A stretch of 64,000 bases of DNA, taken from the NCBI RefSeq assembly GCF_036321535.1, contig NC_087436.1, positions 3,100,001 through 3,164,000 of the forward strand. The letters run 5' to 3'. Below are positions 39,400 through 51,700 of this stretch, piece by piece (the stretch's first letter is position 1; every line of letters begins with the position of its first letter). This stretch comes from Camelus dromedarius. Taxonomy: Eukaryota. The notes under the pieces were generated by a model that saw only the letters and a program-made list of their open reading frames with translations, had not been told where the DNA came from and searched no databases. The position numbers and the translations under genes are program-made.

Positions 39400-41420
39400 T
39401 GCAGTTTTCACTGTAAAACCGAGTTGGAGCTAGTACCTCCCCATATATTTGTATGGAGTGGAGTTTGCAACTGAAAAGAAACTTTGTGTTCCCAACATGC
39501 TAGGTGAAGGACGGCTTTTAAACACAATTTTCTCTCAGAACTGAGCATGTGGAGAGACGTTCGTTCATCTAGAACAAAGGGAAAGGTTTGCAACAGAAAC
39601 TATTACTCTGGTTTCTCAGTCTATTTCCAAGTGCCGGTTTGAAGTTCCTGCAGGTTTCACTATAAAACCGATTTGGAGCTAGTACCTCCCCATATATATG
39701 TATGGAGTGGAGATTGCAACTGAAAAGAAACTTTGTGTTCCCAACAAGCTAGTTGAAGGACGGCTTTCACACACAGTTTAATCTCAGAACTGAGCATGTG
39801 GAGAGACGTTCGTTCATCTAGCACAAAGGAAACGTGTTGCAGGGGAAACTTTTACTCTGGTTTCTCAGTCTGTTTCCTTGTACCGGTTTGAAGTTCCTTT
39901 AGTTTTCACTGTAAAACCGATTTGGAGCTAGTACCTCCCCATATATAAGTATGGAGTGGAGTTTGCAACTGAAAAGAAACTTTGAGTTTCCAACAAGGTA
40001 GGTGAAGGACGGCTTTCACACACAGTTAACTCTCAGAACTGAGCATGTGGAGAGACGTTCGTTCATCTAGCACAAAGGAAACGGGTTGCAGGGGAAAGTT
40101 TTACTCTGGATTCTCAGTCTGTTTCCTAGTGCCCGTTTGAAGTTCCTGTAATTTTCACTGTAAACCGTGTTGGAGATAGTACCTCCCATATATATATGTA
40201 TGGAATGGAGTTTGAAAGTGAAAAGAAACTTTGTGTTCCCAAGAAGCTAGGTGAAGGACGGCTTTCACACACACTTATCTCTCAGAACTGAGCATGTGGA
40301 AAGACGTTCCCTCATCTAGCACGAAGAAATGGTTGCAGGGGAAACTTTTCTCTGGTTTCTCAGTATATTTCCTAGTGCCGGTTTGAAGTTCCTGCATGTT
40401 TCACTGTAAAACCGAGTTGGAGCTAGTACCTCCCCATCTATTTGTATGGAGTGGAGTTTGCAACTGAAAAGAAACTTTGTGTTCCCAACATGCTAGGTGA
40501 AGGACGGCTTTTAAACACACTTTTCTCTCAGAACTGAGCATGTGGAGAGACGTTCGTTCATCTAGAACAAAGGGAAAGGTTTGCAACAGAAACTATTACT
40601 CTGGTTTCTCAGTCTATTTCCAAGTGCCGGTTTGAAGTTCCTGCAGGTTTCACTATAAAACCGATTTGGAGCTAGTACCTCCCCATATATATGTATGGAG
40701 TGGAGATTGCAACTGAAAAGAAACTTTGTGTTCCCAACAAGCTAGTTGAAGGACGGCTTTCACACACAGTTTAATCTCAGAACTGAGCATGTGGAGAGAC
40801 GTTCGTTCATCTAGCACAAAGGAAACGTGTTGCAGGGGAAACTTTTACTCTGGTTTCTCAGTCTGTTTCCTAGTACCGGTTTGAAGTTCCTTTAGTTTTC
40901 ACTGTAAAACCGATTTGGAGCTAGTACCTCCCCATATATAAGTATGGAGTGGAGTTTGCAACTGAAAAGAAACTTTGAGTTTCCAACAAGGTAGGTGAAG
41001 GACGGCTTTCACACACAGTTAACTCTCAGAACTGAGCATGTGGAGAGACGTTCGTTCATCTAGCACAAAGGAAACGGGGTGCAGGGGAAAGTTTTACTCT
41101 GGATTCTCAGTCTGTTTCCTAGTGCCCGTTTGAAGTTCCTGTAGTTTTCACTGTAAACCGTGTTGGAGATAGTACCTCCCATATATATATGTATGGAATG
41201 GAGTTTGAAAGTGAAAAGAACCTTTGTGTTCCCAAGAAGCTAGGTGAAGGACGGCTTTCACACACACTTATCTCTCAGAACTGAGAATGTGGAAAGACGT
41301 TCCCTCATCTAGCACGAAGAGAACGGGTTGCAGGAGAAACTTTTCTCTGGATTCTCAGTATATTTCCTAGTGCCGGTTTGAAGTTCCTGCATGTTTCACT
41401 GTAAAACCGAGTTGGAGCTA
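39400..41420 (+). repeat. Local 4-monomer tandem duplication (period ~993 bp; types N-O-P-Q twice)
   Basis: ORF pair 39408/40401. The order GAAACTATTAC, GTTTAATCTC, GCCCGTTT, GTTCCCTC repeats, with the junction monomer near 40430. Confidence 0.85.
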
Positions 41421-42736
41421 GTACTTCCCCATATATATTTTGGAGTGGAGTTTGCAACTGAAAATAAACTTTGTGTTCCCAACAAGCTAGGTTAAGAACG
41501 GCTTTCACACACACATATATCTCAGAACTGAGCATGTGGAGAGACTTTCGTTCATCTAGCACAAAGGGAACTGGTTGCAGGAGAAACTTTTACTCTGGTT
41601 TCTCAGTATGTTTCCTGTTGCCGCTTTGAAGTTCCTGCAGTTTTCACTGTAAAACCGAGTTGGAGCTAGTACATCCCCATAAATATGTATGGAGTGGAGT
41701 TTGCAACTGTAAAGAAACTTTGTGTTCCCAACAAGCTAGGCGAAGGACGGCTTTCACACACAATTATCTCTCAGAACTGAGCATGTGGAGAGACGTTCGT
41801 TCATCTAGCACAAAGGGAACGGGTTGCAGGAGAAACTTTTACCCTGGTTTCTCAGTCTGTTTCCTAGTGCCGGTTTGTAGTTCCTGAAGGTTTCACTGTA
41901 AAACCGAGTTGGAGCTAGTACCTCCCCATATATATGTATGGAGTGGAGATTGCAATTGAAGAGAAAATTTGTGTTCCCAAAAAGCTATGTGAAGGACGGC
42001 TTTCACACACAGTTAACTCTCAGATATGAGCATGTGGAGAGACGTTCGTTCATCTTGCAAAAATGGAACGGTTTGCAGGAGAAATTTTACTCTGGTTTCT
42101 CAGTCTGTTTCCTAGTACCGGTTTGAAGTTCCTGCAGGTTTCACTGTAAACCCGAGTTGGAGCTAGTACCTCACCATATATATGTATGGAGTGGAGTTTG
42201 CAACTGAAAAGAAACTTTGTGTTCCCAACAAGCTAGGTGAAGGACGGCTTTCACACACAATTATCTCTCAGAACTGAGCATGTGGAGAGACGTTCGTTCA
42301 TCTAGCACTAAGGAAACTGTTTGCAGGAGAAACTTTTACTCTGGGTTCTCATTCTGTTTCCTAGTGCCAGTTTGAAGTTCCTGCAGTTTTCACTGTAAAA
42401 CCGAGTTGGAGCTAGTACCTCCCCATATATAAGTGTGGAGTGGAGTTTGCAAATGAAAAGAAACTTTGTGTTCCCAACAAGCAATGTGAAGGACGGCTTT
42501 CACACACAGTTAACTCTCAGATCTGAGCATGTGGAGAGACTTTCGTTCATCTAGCACAAAGGAAACGTGTTGCAGGGGAAACTTTTACTCAGGTTTCTCA
42601 GTCTGTTTCCTAGTACCGGTTTGAAGTTCCTTTAGTTTTCACTGTAAAACCGAGTTGGAGCTAGTACTTCACCATATATTTGTATGAAGTGGATTTTGCA
42701 AATGAAAAGAAACTTTGTGTTCCCAACAAGCTAGTT

Positions 42737-45700
42737 GAAGGACGGCTTTTACACACACTTATCTCTCAGAACTGAGCATGTGGAGAGACGTTCATTCATT
42801 CTGCACAAAGAGAAAGGTTTGCAGGAGAAACTTTTACTCTGGTTTCTCAGTCTATTTCCAAGTGCCGGTTTGAAGTTCCTGCAGGTTTCACTGTAAAACC
42901 GATTTGGAGCTAGATCCTCCCCATATATATGTATGGAGTGGAGTTTGCAACTGAAAAGAAACTTTGTGTTCCCAACAAGCTAGTTGAAGGACGGCTTTCA
43001 CACACAGTTATCTCTCAGAACTGAGCATGTGGAGAGACTTTCGTTCATCTAGCACAAAGGAAACGTGTTGCAGGGGAAACTTTTACTCAGGTTTCTCAGT
43101 CTGTTTCCTAGTACCGGTTTGAAGTTCCTTTAGTTTTCACTGTAAAACCGAGTTGGAGCTAGTACTTCACCATATATTTGTATGAAGTGGATTTTGCAAC
43201 TGAAAAGAAACTTTGTGTTCCCAACAAGCTAGTTGAAGGACGGCTTTTACACACACTTATCTCTCAGAACTGAGCATGTGGAGAGACGTTCGTTCATCTA
43301 GCACAAAGGGAACGGGTTGCAACAGAAACTTTTACTCTGGTTTCTCAGTCTGTTTCCTAGTGCCGCTTTGAAGTTCCTGCAGTTTTCACTGTAAAACCGT
43401 GTTGGAGCTAGTACCTCCCCATATATACGTATGGAGTGGAGTTTGCAAGTGAAAAGAAACTTTGTGTTCCCAACAAGCTAGGTGAAGGACGGCTTTCACA
43501 CACACTTATCTCTCAGAACTGAGCATGTGGAGAGACGTTCGTTCATCTAGCACAAAGGTAACGGATTGCAGGAGAAACTTTAAACTGGTTTCTCAGTCTG
43601 TTTCCTAGTGCCGATTTGAAGTTCCTGCAGTTTTCACTGTAAAACCGAGTTGGAGCTAGTACCTCCCATATATATATTTATGGATTGGAGTTTGCAAGTG
43701 AAAAGAAACTTTGTGTTCCCAACAAGCTAGGTGAAGTACGGCTTTCACACACACTTATCTCTCAGACCTGAGCATGTGGAGAGACTTTCTTTCATCTAGC
43801 ACAAAGGGAACGGGTGCAGGAGAAACTTTTACTCTGGTTTCTCAGTCTGTTTTCTAGTGCCGGTTTAAGTTCCTGCAGTTTTCACTGTAAAACATATTTG
43901 GAGCTAGTACCTCCCCATATATATGTATGGAGTGGAGTTTGCAAGTGAAAAGAAACTTTGTGTTCCCAACAAGCTAGGTGAAGGGCGGCTTTCACACACA
44001 CTTATCTATGAGAACTTAGCATGTGGAGAGACGTTCGTTCTCTAGCACAAAAGGAACAGTTTGCAGGAGAAACTTTTACTCTGGTTTCTCAGTCTGTTTC
44101 CTAGTTCCGGTTGAAGTTCCTGCAGTTTTCACTGTATAACCGAGTTGGAGCTATACCTCCCCATATATATATATGGAGTGGAGTTTGCAAGTGAATAGAA
44201 ACTTTGTCTTCCCAACAAGCTATGTGAAGAACGGCTTTCACACACACTTATCTCTGAGAACTGAGAATGTGGAGAGACTTTCGTTCATCTAGCACAAAGG
44301 GAAGAGTTTGCTGGAAAAACTTTTACTCTTGTTTCTCAGTCTGTTTCCTAGTGCCGGTTGAAGTTCCTGCAGTTTTCACTGTAAAACCGAGTTGGAGCTA
44401 GTACCTCCCCATATATTTGTATGGAGTGGAGTTTGCAACTGAAAAGAAACTTTGTGTTCCCAACAAGCTAGGTGAAGGACGGCTTTTAAACACACTTTTC
44501 TCTCAGAACTGAGCATGTGGAGAGACGTTCGTTCATCTAGAACAAAGGGAAACGTTTGCAACAGAAACTATTACTCTGGTTTCTCAGTCTATTTCCAAGT
44601 GCCGGTTTGAAGTTCCTGCAGGTTTCACTATAAAACGGATTTGGAGCTAGTACCTCCCCATATATATGTATGGAGTGGAGATTGCAACTGAAAAAAAACT
44701 TTGTGTTCCCAACAAGCTAGTTGAAGGACGGCTTTCACACACAGTTTAATCTCAGAACTGAGCATGTGGAGAGACGTTCGTTCATCTAGCACAAAGGAAA
44801 CGTGTTGCAGGAGAAACTTTTACTCTGGTTTCTCAGTCTGTTTCCTAGTACCGGTTTGAAGTTCCTTTAGTTTTCACTGTAAAACCGATTTGGAGCTAGT
44901 ACCTCCCCATATATAAGTATGGAGTGGAGTTTGCAACTGAAAAGAAACTTTGAGTTTCCAACAAGGTAGGTGAAGGACGGCTTTCACACACAGTTAACTC
45001 TCAGAACTGAGCATGTGGAGAGACGTTCGTTCATCTAGCACAAAGGAAACGGGTTGCAGGGGAAAGTTTTACTCTGGATTCTCAGTCTGTTTCCTAGTGC
45101 CCGTTTGAAGTTCCTGTAGTTTTCACTGTAAAATCGTGTTGGAGATAGTACCTCCCATATATATATGTATGGAATGGAGTTTGAAAGTGAAAAGAAACTT
45201 TGTGTTCCCAAGAAGCTAGGTGAAGGACGGCTTTCACACACACTTATCTCTCAGAACTGAGCATGTGGAAAGACGTTCCCTCATCTAGCACAAAGAGAAC
45301 GGGTTGCAGGAGAAACTTTTCTCTGGTTTCTCAGTCTATTTCCTAGTGCCGGTTTGAAGTTCCTGCATGTTTCACTGTAAAACCGAGTTGGAGCTAGTAC
45401 TTCCCCATATATATTTATAGAGTGGAGTTTGCAACTGAAAATAAACTTTGTGTTCCCAACAAGCTAGGTTAAGAACGGCTTTCACACACACATATATCTC
45501 AGAACTGAGCATGTGGAGAGACTTTCGTTCATCTAGCACAAAGGGAACTGGTTGCAGGAGAAACTTTTACTCTGGTTTCTCAGTATGTTTCCTGTTGCCG
45601 CTTAGAAGTTCCTGCAGTTTTCACTGTAAAACCGAGTTGGAGCTAGTACATCCCCATAAATATGTATGGAGTGGAGTTTGCAACTGAAAAGAAACTTTGT

Positions 45701-48700
45701 GTTCCCAACAAGCTAGGTGAAGGACGGCTTTCACACACAATTATCTCTCAGAACTGAGCATGTGGAGAGACGTTCGTTCATCTAGCACAAAGGGAACGGG
45801 TTGCAGGAGAAACTTTTACCCTGGTTTCTCAGTCTGTTTCCTAGTGCCGGTTTGAAGTTCCTGAAGGTTTCACTGTAAAACCGAGTTGGAGCTAGTACCT
45901 CCCCATATATATGTATGGAGTGGAGATTGCAATTGAAGAGAAAATTTGTGTTCCCAAAAAGCTATGTGAAGGACGGCTTTCACACACAGTTAACTCTCAG
46001 ATTTGAGCATGTGGAGAGACGTTCGTTCATCTAGCACAAATGAAACGTGTTGCAGGGGAAACTTTTATTCTGGTTTCTCAGTCTGTTTCCTAGTACCGGT
46101 TTGAAGTTCCTTTAGTTTTCACTGTAAAACCGAGTTGGTGCTAGTACCACCCCATATATATGTATGGAGTGGAGTTTGCAACTGAAAAGAAACTTTGTGT
46201 TCCCAACAAGCTATGTGAAGGACGGCTTTCACACACAGTTAACTCTCAGAAGTGAGCATGTGGAGAGACGTTCGTTCATCTAGCACAAAGGAAACGGTTT
46301 GCAGGAGAAACTTTTACTCTGGGTTCTCATTCTGTTTCCTAGTGCCAGTTTGAAGTTCCTGCAGTTTTCACTGTAAAACCGAGTTGGAGCTAGTACCTCC
46401 CCATATATATGTATGGAGTGGAGTTTGCAATTGAAGAGAAACTTTGTGTTCCCAACAAGCTATGTGAAGTACGGCTTTCACACACAGTTAACTCTCAGAA
46501 GTGAGCATGTGGAGAGACGTTCGTTCATCTAGCACAAAGGAAACGGTTTGCAGGAGAAATTTTTACTCTGGTTTCTCATTCTATTTCCTAGTGCCAGTTT
46601 GAAGTTCCTGCATTTTTCACTGTAAAAACGAATTGGAGCTAGTACCTCCCCATATATAAGTATGGAGTGGAGTTTGCAAATGAAAAGAAACTTTGTGTTC
46701 CCAACAAGCAATGTGAAGGACGGCTTTCACACACAGTTAACTCTCAGAACTGAGCATGTGGAGAGACGTTCGTTCATCTAGCACAAAGGAAACGGGTTGC
46801 AGGGGAAAGTTTTACTCTGGATTCTCAGTCTGTTTCCTAGTGCCCGTTTGAAGTTCCTGTAGTTTTCACTGTAAAATCGTGTTGGAGATAGTACCTCCCA
46901 TATATATATGTATGGAATGGAGTTTGAAAGTGAAAAGAAACTTTGTGTTCCCAAGAAGCTAGGTGAAGGACGGCTTTCACACACACTTATCTCTCAGAAC
47001 TGAGCATGTGGAAAGACGTTCCCTCATCTAGCACAAAGAGAACGGGTTGCAGGAGAAACTTTTCTCTGGTTTCTCAGTCTATTTCCTAGTGCCGGTTTGA
47101 AGTTCCTGCATGTTTCACTGTAAAACCGAGTTGGAGCTAGTACTTCCCCATATATATTTATAGAGTGGAGTTTGCAACTGAAAATAAACTTTGTGTTCCC
47201 AACAAGCTAGGTTAAGAACGGCTTTCACACACACATATATCTCAGAACTGAGCATGTGGAGAGACTTTCGTTCATCTAGCACAAAGGGAACTGGTTGCAG
47301 GAGAAACTTTTACTCTGGTTTCTCAGTATGTTTCCTGTTGCCGCTTAGAAGTTCCTGCAGTTTTCACTGTAAAACCGAGTTGGAGCTAGTACATCCCCAT
47401 AAATATGTATGGAGTGGAGATTGCAAATGAAAAGAAACTTTGTGTTCCCAACAAGCAATGTGAAGGACGGCTTTCACACACAGTTAACTCTCAGATCTGA
47501 GCATGTGGAGACACGTTCGTTCATCTAGCACAAATGAAACGTTTTGCAGGGGAAACTTTTACTCTGGTTTCTCAGTCTGTTTCCTAGTACCGGTTTGAAG
47601 TTCCTTTAGTTTTCACTGTAAAACCGAGTTGGAGCTAGTACCTCCCGATATATATGTATGGAGTGGAGTTTGCAACAGAAAAGAAGCTTTGTGTTCCAAA
47701 CAAGCTAGGTGAAGAACGGCTTTCACACACACTTATCTCTCAGAACTGAGCATGTGGAGAGACGTTCGTTCATCTTGCACAAAAGGAACGGATTGCAGGA
47801 GAAATTTTACTCTGGTTTCTCAGTCTTTTTCCTAGTACCGGATTGTTGTTCCTGCAGTTTTCACTGTAAAACCGAGTTGGAGCTATTACCTCCCCATATA
47901 TATGTATGGAGTGGAGTTTGCAAATGAAAAGAAACTTTGTGTTCCCAAGTAGCTATGTGAAAGACGGCTTTCACACACACTTATCTCTCAGAACTGAGCA
48001 TGTGGAGAGACGTTCATTCATTCTGCACAAAGAGAAAGGTTTGCAGGAGAAACTTTTACTCTGGTTTCTCAGTCTATTTCCAAGTGCCGGTTTGAAGTTC
48101 CTGCAGGTTTCACTGTAAAACCGATTTGGAGCTAGATCCTCCCCATATATATGTATGGAGTGGAGTTTGCAACTGAAAAGAAACTTTGTGTTCCCAACAA
48201 GCTAGTTGAAGGACGGCTTTCACACACAGTTATCTCTCAGAACTGAGCATGTGGAGAGACTTTCGTTCATCTAGCACAAAGGAAACGTGTTGCAGGGGAA
48301 ACTTTTACTCAGGTTTCTCAGTCTGTTTCCTAGTACCGGTTTGAAGTTCCTTTAGTTTTCACTGTAAAACCGAGTTGGAGCTAGTACTTCACCATATATT
48401 TGTATGAAGTGGAGTTTGCAACTGAAAAGAAACTTTGTGTTCCCAACAAGCTAGTTGAAGGACGGCTTTTACACACACTTATCTCTCAGAACTGAGCATG
48501 TGGAGAGACGTTCGTTCATCTAGCACAAAGGGAACGGGTTGCAACAGAAACTTTTACTCTGGTTTCTCAGTCTGTTTCCTAGTGCCGCTTTGAAGTTCCT
48601 GCAGTTTTCACTGTAAAACCGTGTTGGAGCTAGTACCTCCCCATATATACGTATGGAGTGGAGTTTGCAAGTGAAAAGAAACTTTGTGTTCCCAACAAGC

Positions 48701-51700
48701 TAGGTGAAGGACGGCTTTCACACACACTTATCTCTCAGAACTGAGCATGTGGAGAGACGTTCGTTCATCTAGCACAAAGGTAACGGATTGCAGGAGAAAC
48801 TTTAAACTGGTTTCTCAGTCTGTTTCCTAGTGCCGATTTGAAGTTCCTGCAGTTTTCACTGTAAAACCGAGTTGGAGCTAGTACCTCCCATATATATATT
48901 TATGGATAGGAGTTTGCAAGTGAAAAGAAACTTTGTGTTCCCAACAAGCTAGGTGAAGGACGGCTTTCACACACACTTATCTCTCAGACCTGAGCATGTG
49001 GAGAGACTTTCTTTCATCTAGCACAAAGGGAACGGGTGCAGGAGAAACTTTTACTCTGGTTTCTCAGTCTGTTTTCTAGTGCCGGTTTAGGTTCCTGCAG
49101 TTTTCACTGTAAAACATATTTGGAGCTAGTACCTCCCCATATATATGTATGGAGTGGAGTTTGCAAGTGAAAAGAAACTTTGTGTTCCCAACAAGCTAGG
49201 TGAAGGGCGGCTTTCACACACACTTATCTATGAGAACTTAGCATGTGGAGAGACGTTCGTTCTCTAGCACAAAAGGAACAGTTTGCAGGAGAAACTTTTA
49301 CTCTGGTTTCTCAGTCTGTTTCCTAGTTCCGGTTGAAGTTCCTGCAGTTTTCACTGTATAACCGAGTTGGAGCTATACCTCCCCATATATATATATGGAG
49401 TGGAGTTTGCAAGTGAAAAGAAACTTTGTCTTCCCAACAAGCTATGTGAAGAACGGCTTTCACACACACTTATCTCTGAGAACTGAGAATGTGGAGAGAC
49501 TTTCGTTCATCTAGCACAAAGGGAAGAGTTTGCTGGAAAAACTTTTACTCTTGTTTCTCAGTCTGTTTCCTAGTGCCGGTTGAAGTTCCTGCAGTTTTCA
49601 CTGTAAAACCGAGTTGGAGCTAGTACCTCCCCATATATTTGTATGGAGTGGAGTTTGCAACTGAAAAGAAACTTTGTGTTCCCAACAAGCTAGGTGAAGG
49701 ACGGCTTTTAAACACACTTTTCTCTCAGAACTGAGCATGTGGAGAGACGTTCGTTCATCTAGAACAAAGGGAAACGTTTGCAACAGAAACTATTACTCTG
49801 GTTTCTCAGTCTATTTCCAAGTGCCGGTTTGAAGTTCCTGCAGGTTTCACTATAAAACCGATTTGGAGCTAGTACCTCCCCATATATATGTATGGAGTGG
49901 AGATTGCAACTGAAAAAAAACTTTGTGTTCCCAACAAGCTAGTTGAAGGACGGCTTTCACACACAGTTTAATCTCAGAACTGAGCATGTGGAGAGACGTT
50001 CGTTCATCTAGCACAAAGGAAACGTGTTGCAGGAGAAACTTTTACTCTGGTTTCTCAGTCTGTTTCCTAGTACCGGTTTGAAGTTCCTTTAGTTTTCACT
50101 GTAAAACCGATTTGGAGCTAGTACCTCCCCATATATAAGTATGGAGTGGAGTTTGCAACTGAAAAGAAACTTTGAGTTTCCAACAAGGTAGGTGAAGGAC
50201 GGCTTTCACACACAGTTAACTCTCAGAACTGAGCATGTGGAGAGACGTTCGTTCATCTAGCACAAAGGAAACGGGTTGCAGGGGAAAGTTTTACTCTGGA
50301 TTCTCAGTCTGTTTCCTAGTGCCCGTTTGAAGTTCCTGTAGTTTTCACTGTAAAATCGTGTTGGAGATAGTACCTCCCATATATATATGTATGGAATGGA
50401 GTTTGAAAGTGAAAAGAAACTTTGTGTTCCCAAGAAGCTAGGTGAAGGACGGCTTTCACACACACTTATCTCTCAGAACTGAGCATGTGGAAAGACGTTC
50501 CCTCATCTAGCACAAAGAGAACGGGTTGCAGGAGAAACTTTTCTCTGGTTTCTCAGTCTATTTCCTAGTGCCGGTTTGAAGTTCCTGCATGTTTCACTGT
50601 AAAACCGAGTTGGAGCTAGTACTTCCCCATATATATTTATAGAGTGGAGTTTGCAACTGAAAATAAACTTTGTGTTCCCAACAAGCTAGGTTAAGAACGG
50701 CTTTCACACACACATATATCTCAGAACTGAGCATGTGGAGAGACTTTCGTTCATCTAGCACAAATGGAACTGGTTGCAGGAGAAACTTTTACTCTGGTTT
50801 CTCAAGATGTTTCCTGTTGCCGCTTAGAAGTTCCTGCAGTTTTCACTGTAAAACCGAGTTGGAGCTAGTACATCCCCATAAATATGTATGGAGTGGAGTT
50901 TGCAACTGTAAAGAAACTTTGTGTTCCCAACAAGCTAGGTGAAGGACGGCTTTCACACACAATTATCTCTCAGAACTGAGCATGTGGAGAGACGTTCGTT
51001 CATCTAGCACAAAGGGAACGGGTTGCAGGAGAAACTTTTACCCTGGTTTCTCAGTCTGTTTCCTAGTGCCGGTTTGAAGTTCCTGAAGGTTTCACTGTAA
51101 AACCGAGTTGGAGCTTGTACCTCCCCATATATATGTATGGAGTGGAGATTGCAATTGAAGAGAAAATTTGTGTTCCCAAAAAGCTATGTGAAGGACGGCT
51201 TTCACACACAGTTAACTCTCAGATTTGAGCATGTGGAGAGACGTTCGTTCATCTAGCACAAATGAAACGTGTTGCAGGGGAAACTTTTATTCTGGTTTCT
51301 CAGTCTGTTTCCTAGTACCGGTTTGAAGTTCCTTTAGTTTTCACTGTAAAACCGAGTTGGTGCTAGTACCAACCCATATATATGTATGGAGTGGAGTTTG
51401 CAACTGAAAAGAAACTTTGTGTTCCCAACAAGCTAGGTGAAGGACGGCTTTCACACACAATTATCTCTCAGAACTGAGCATGTGGAGAGACGTTCGTTCA
51501 TCTAGCACTAAGGAAACTGTTTGCAGGAGAAACTTTTACTCTGGGTTCTCATTCTGTTTCCTAGTGCCAGTTTGAAGTTCCTGCAGTTTTCACTGTAAAA
51601 CCGAGTTGGAGCTAGTACCTCCCCATATATATGTATGGAGTGGAGTTTGCAATTGAAGAGAAACTTTGTGTTCCCAACAAGCTATGTGAAGGACGGCTTT

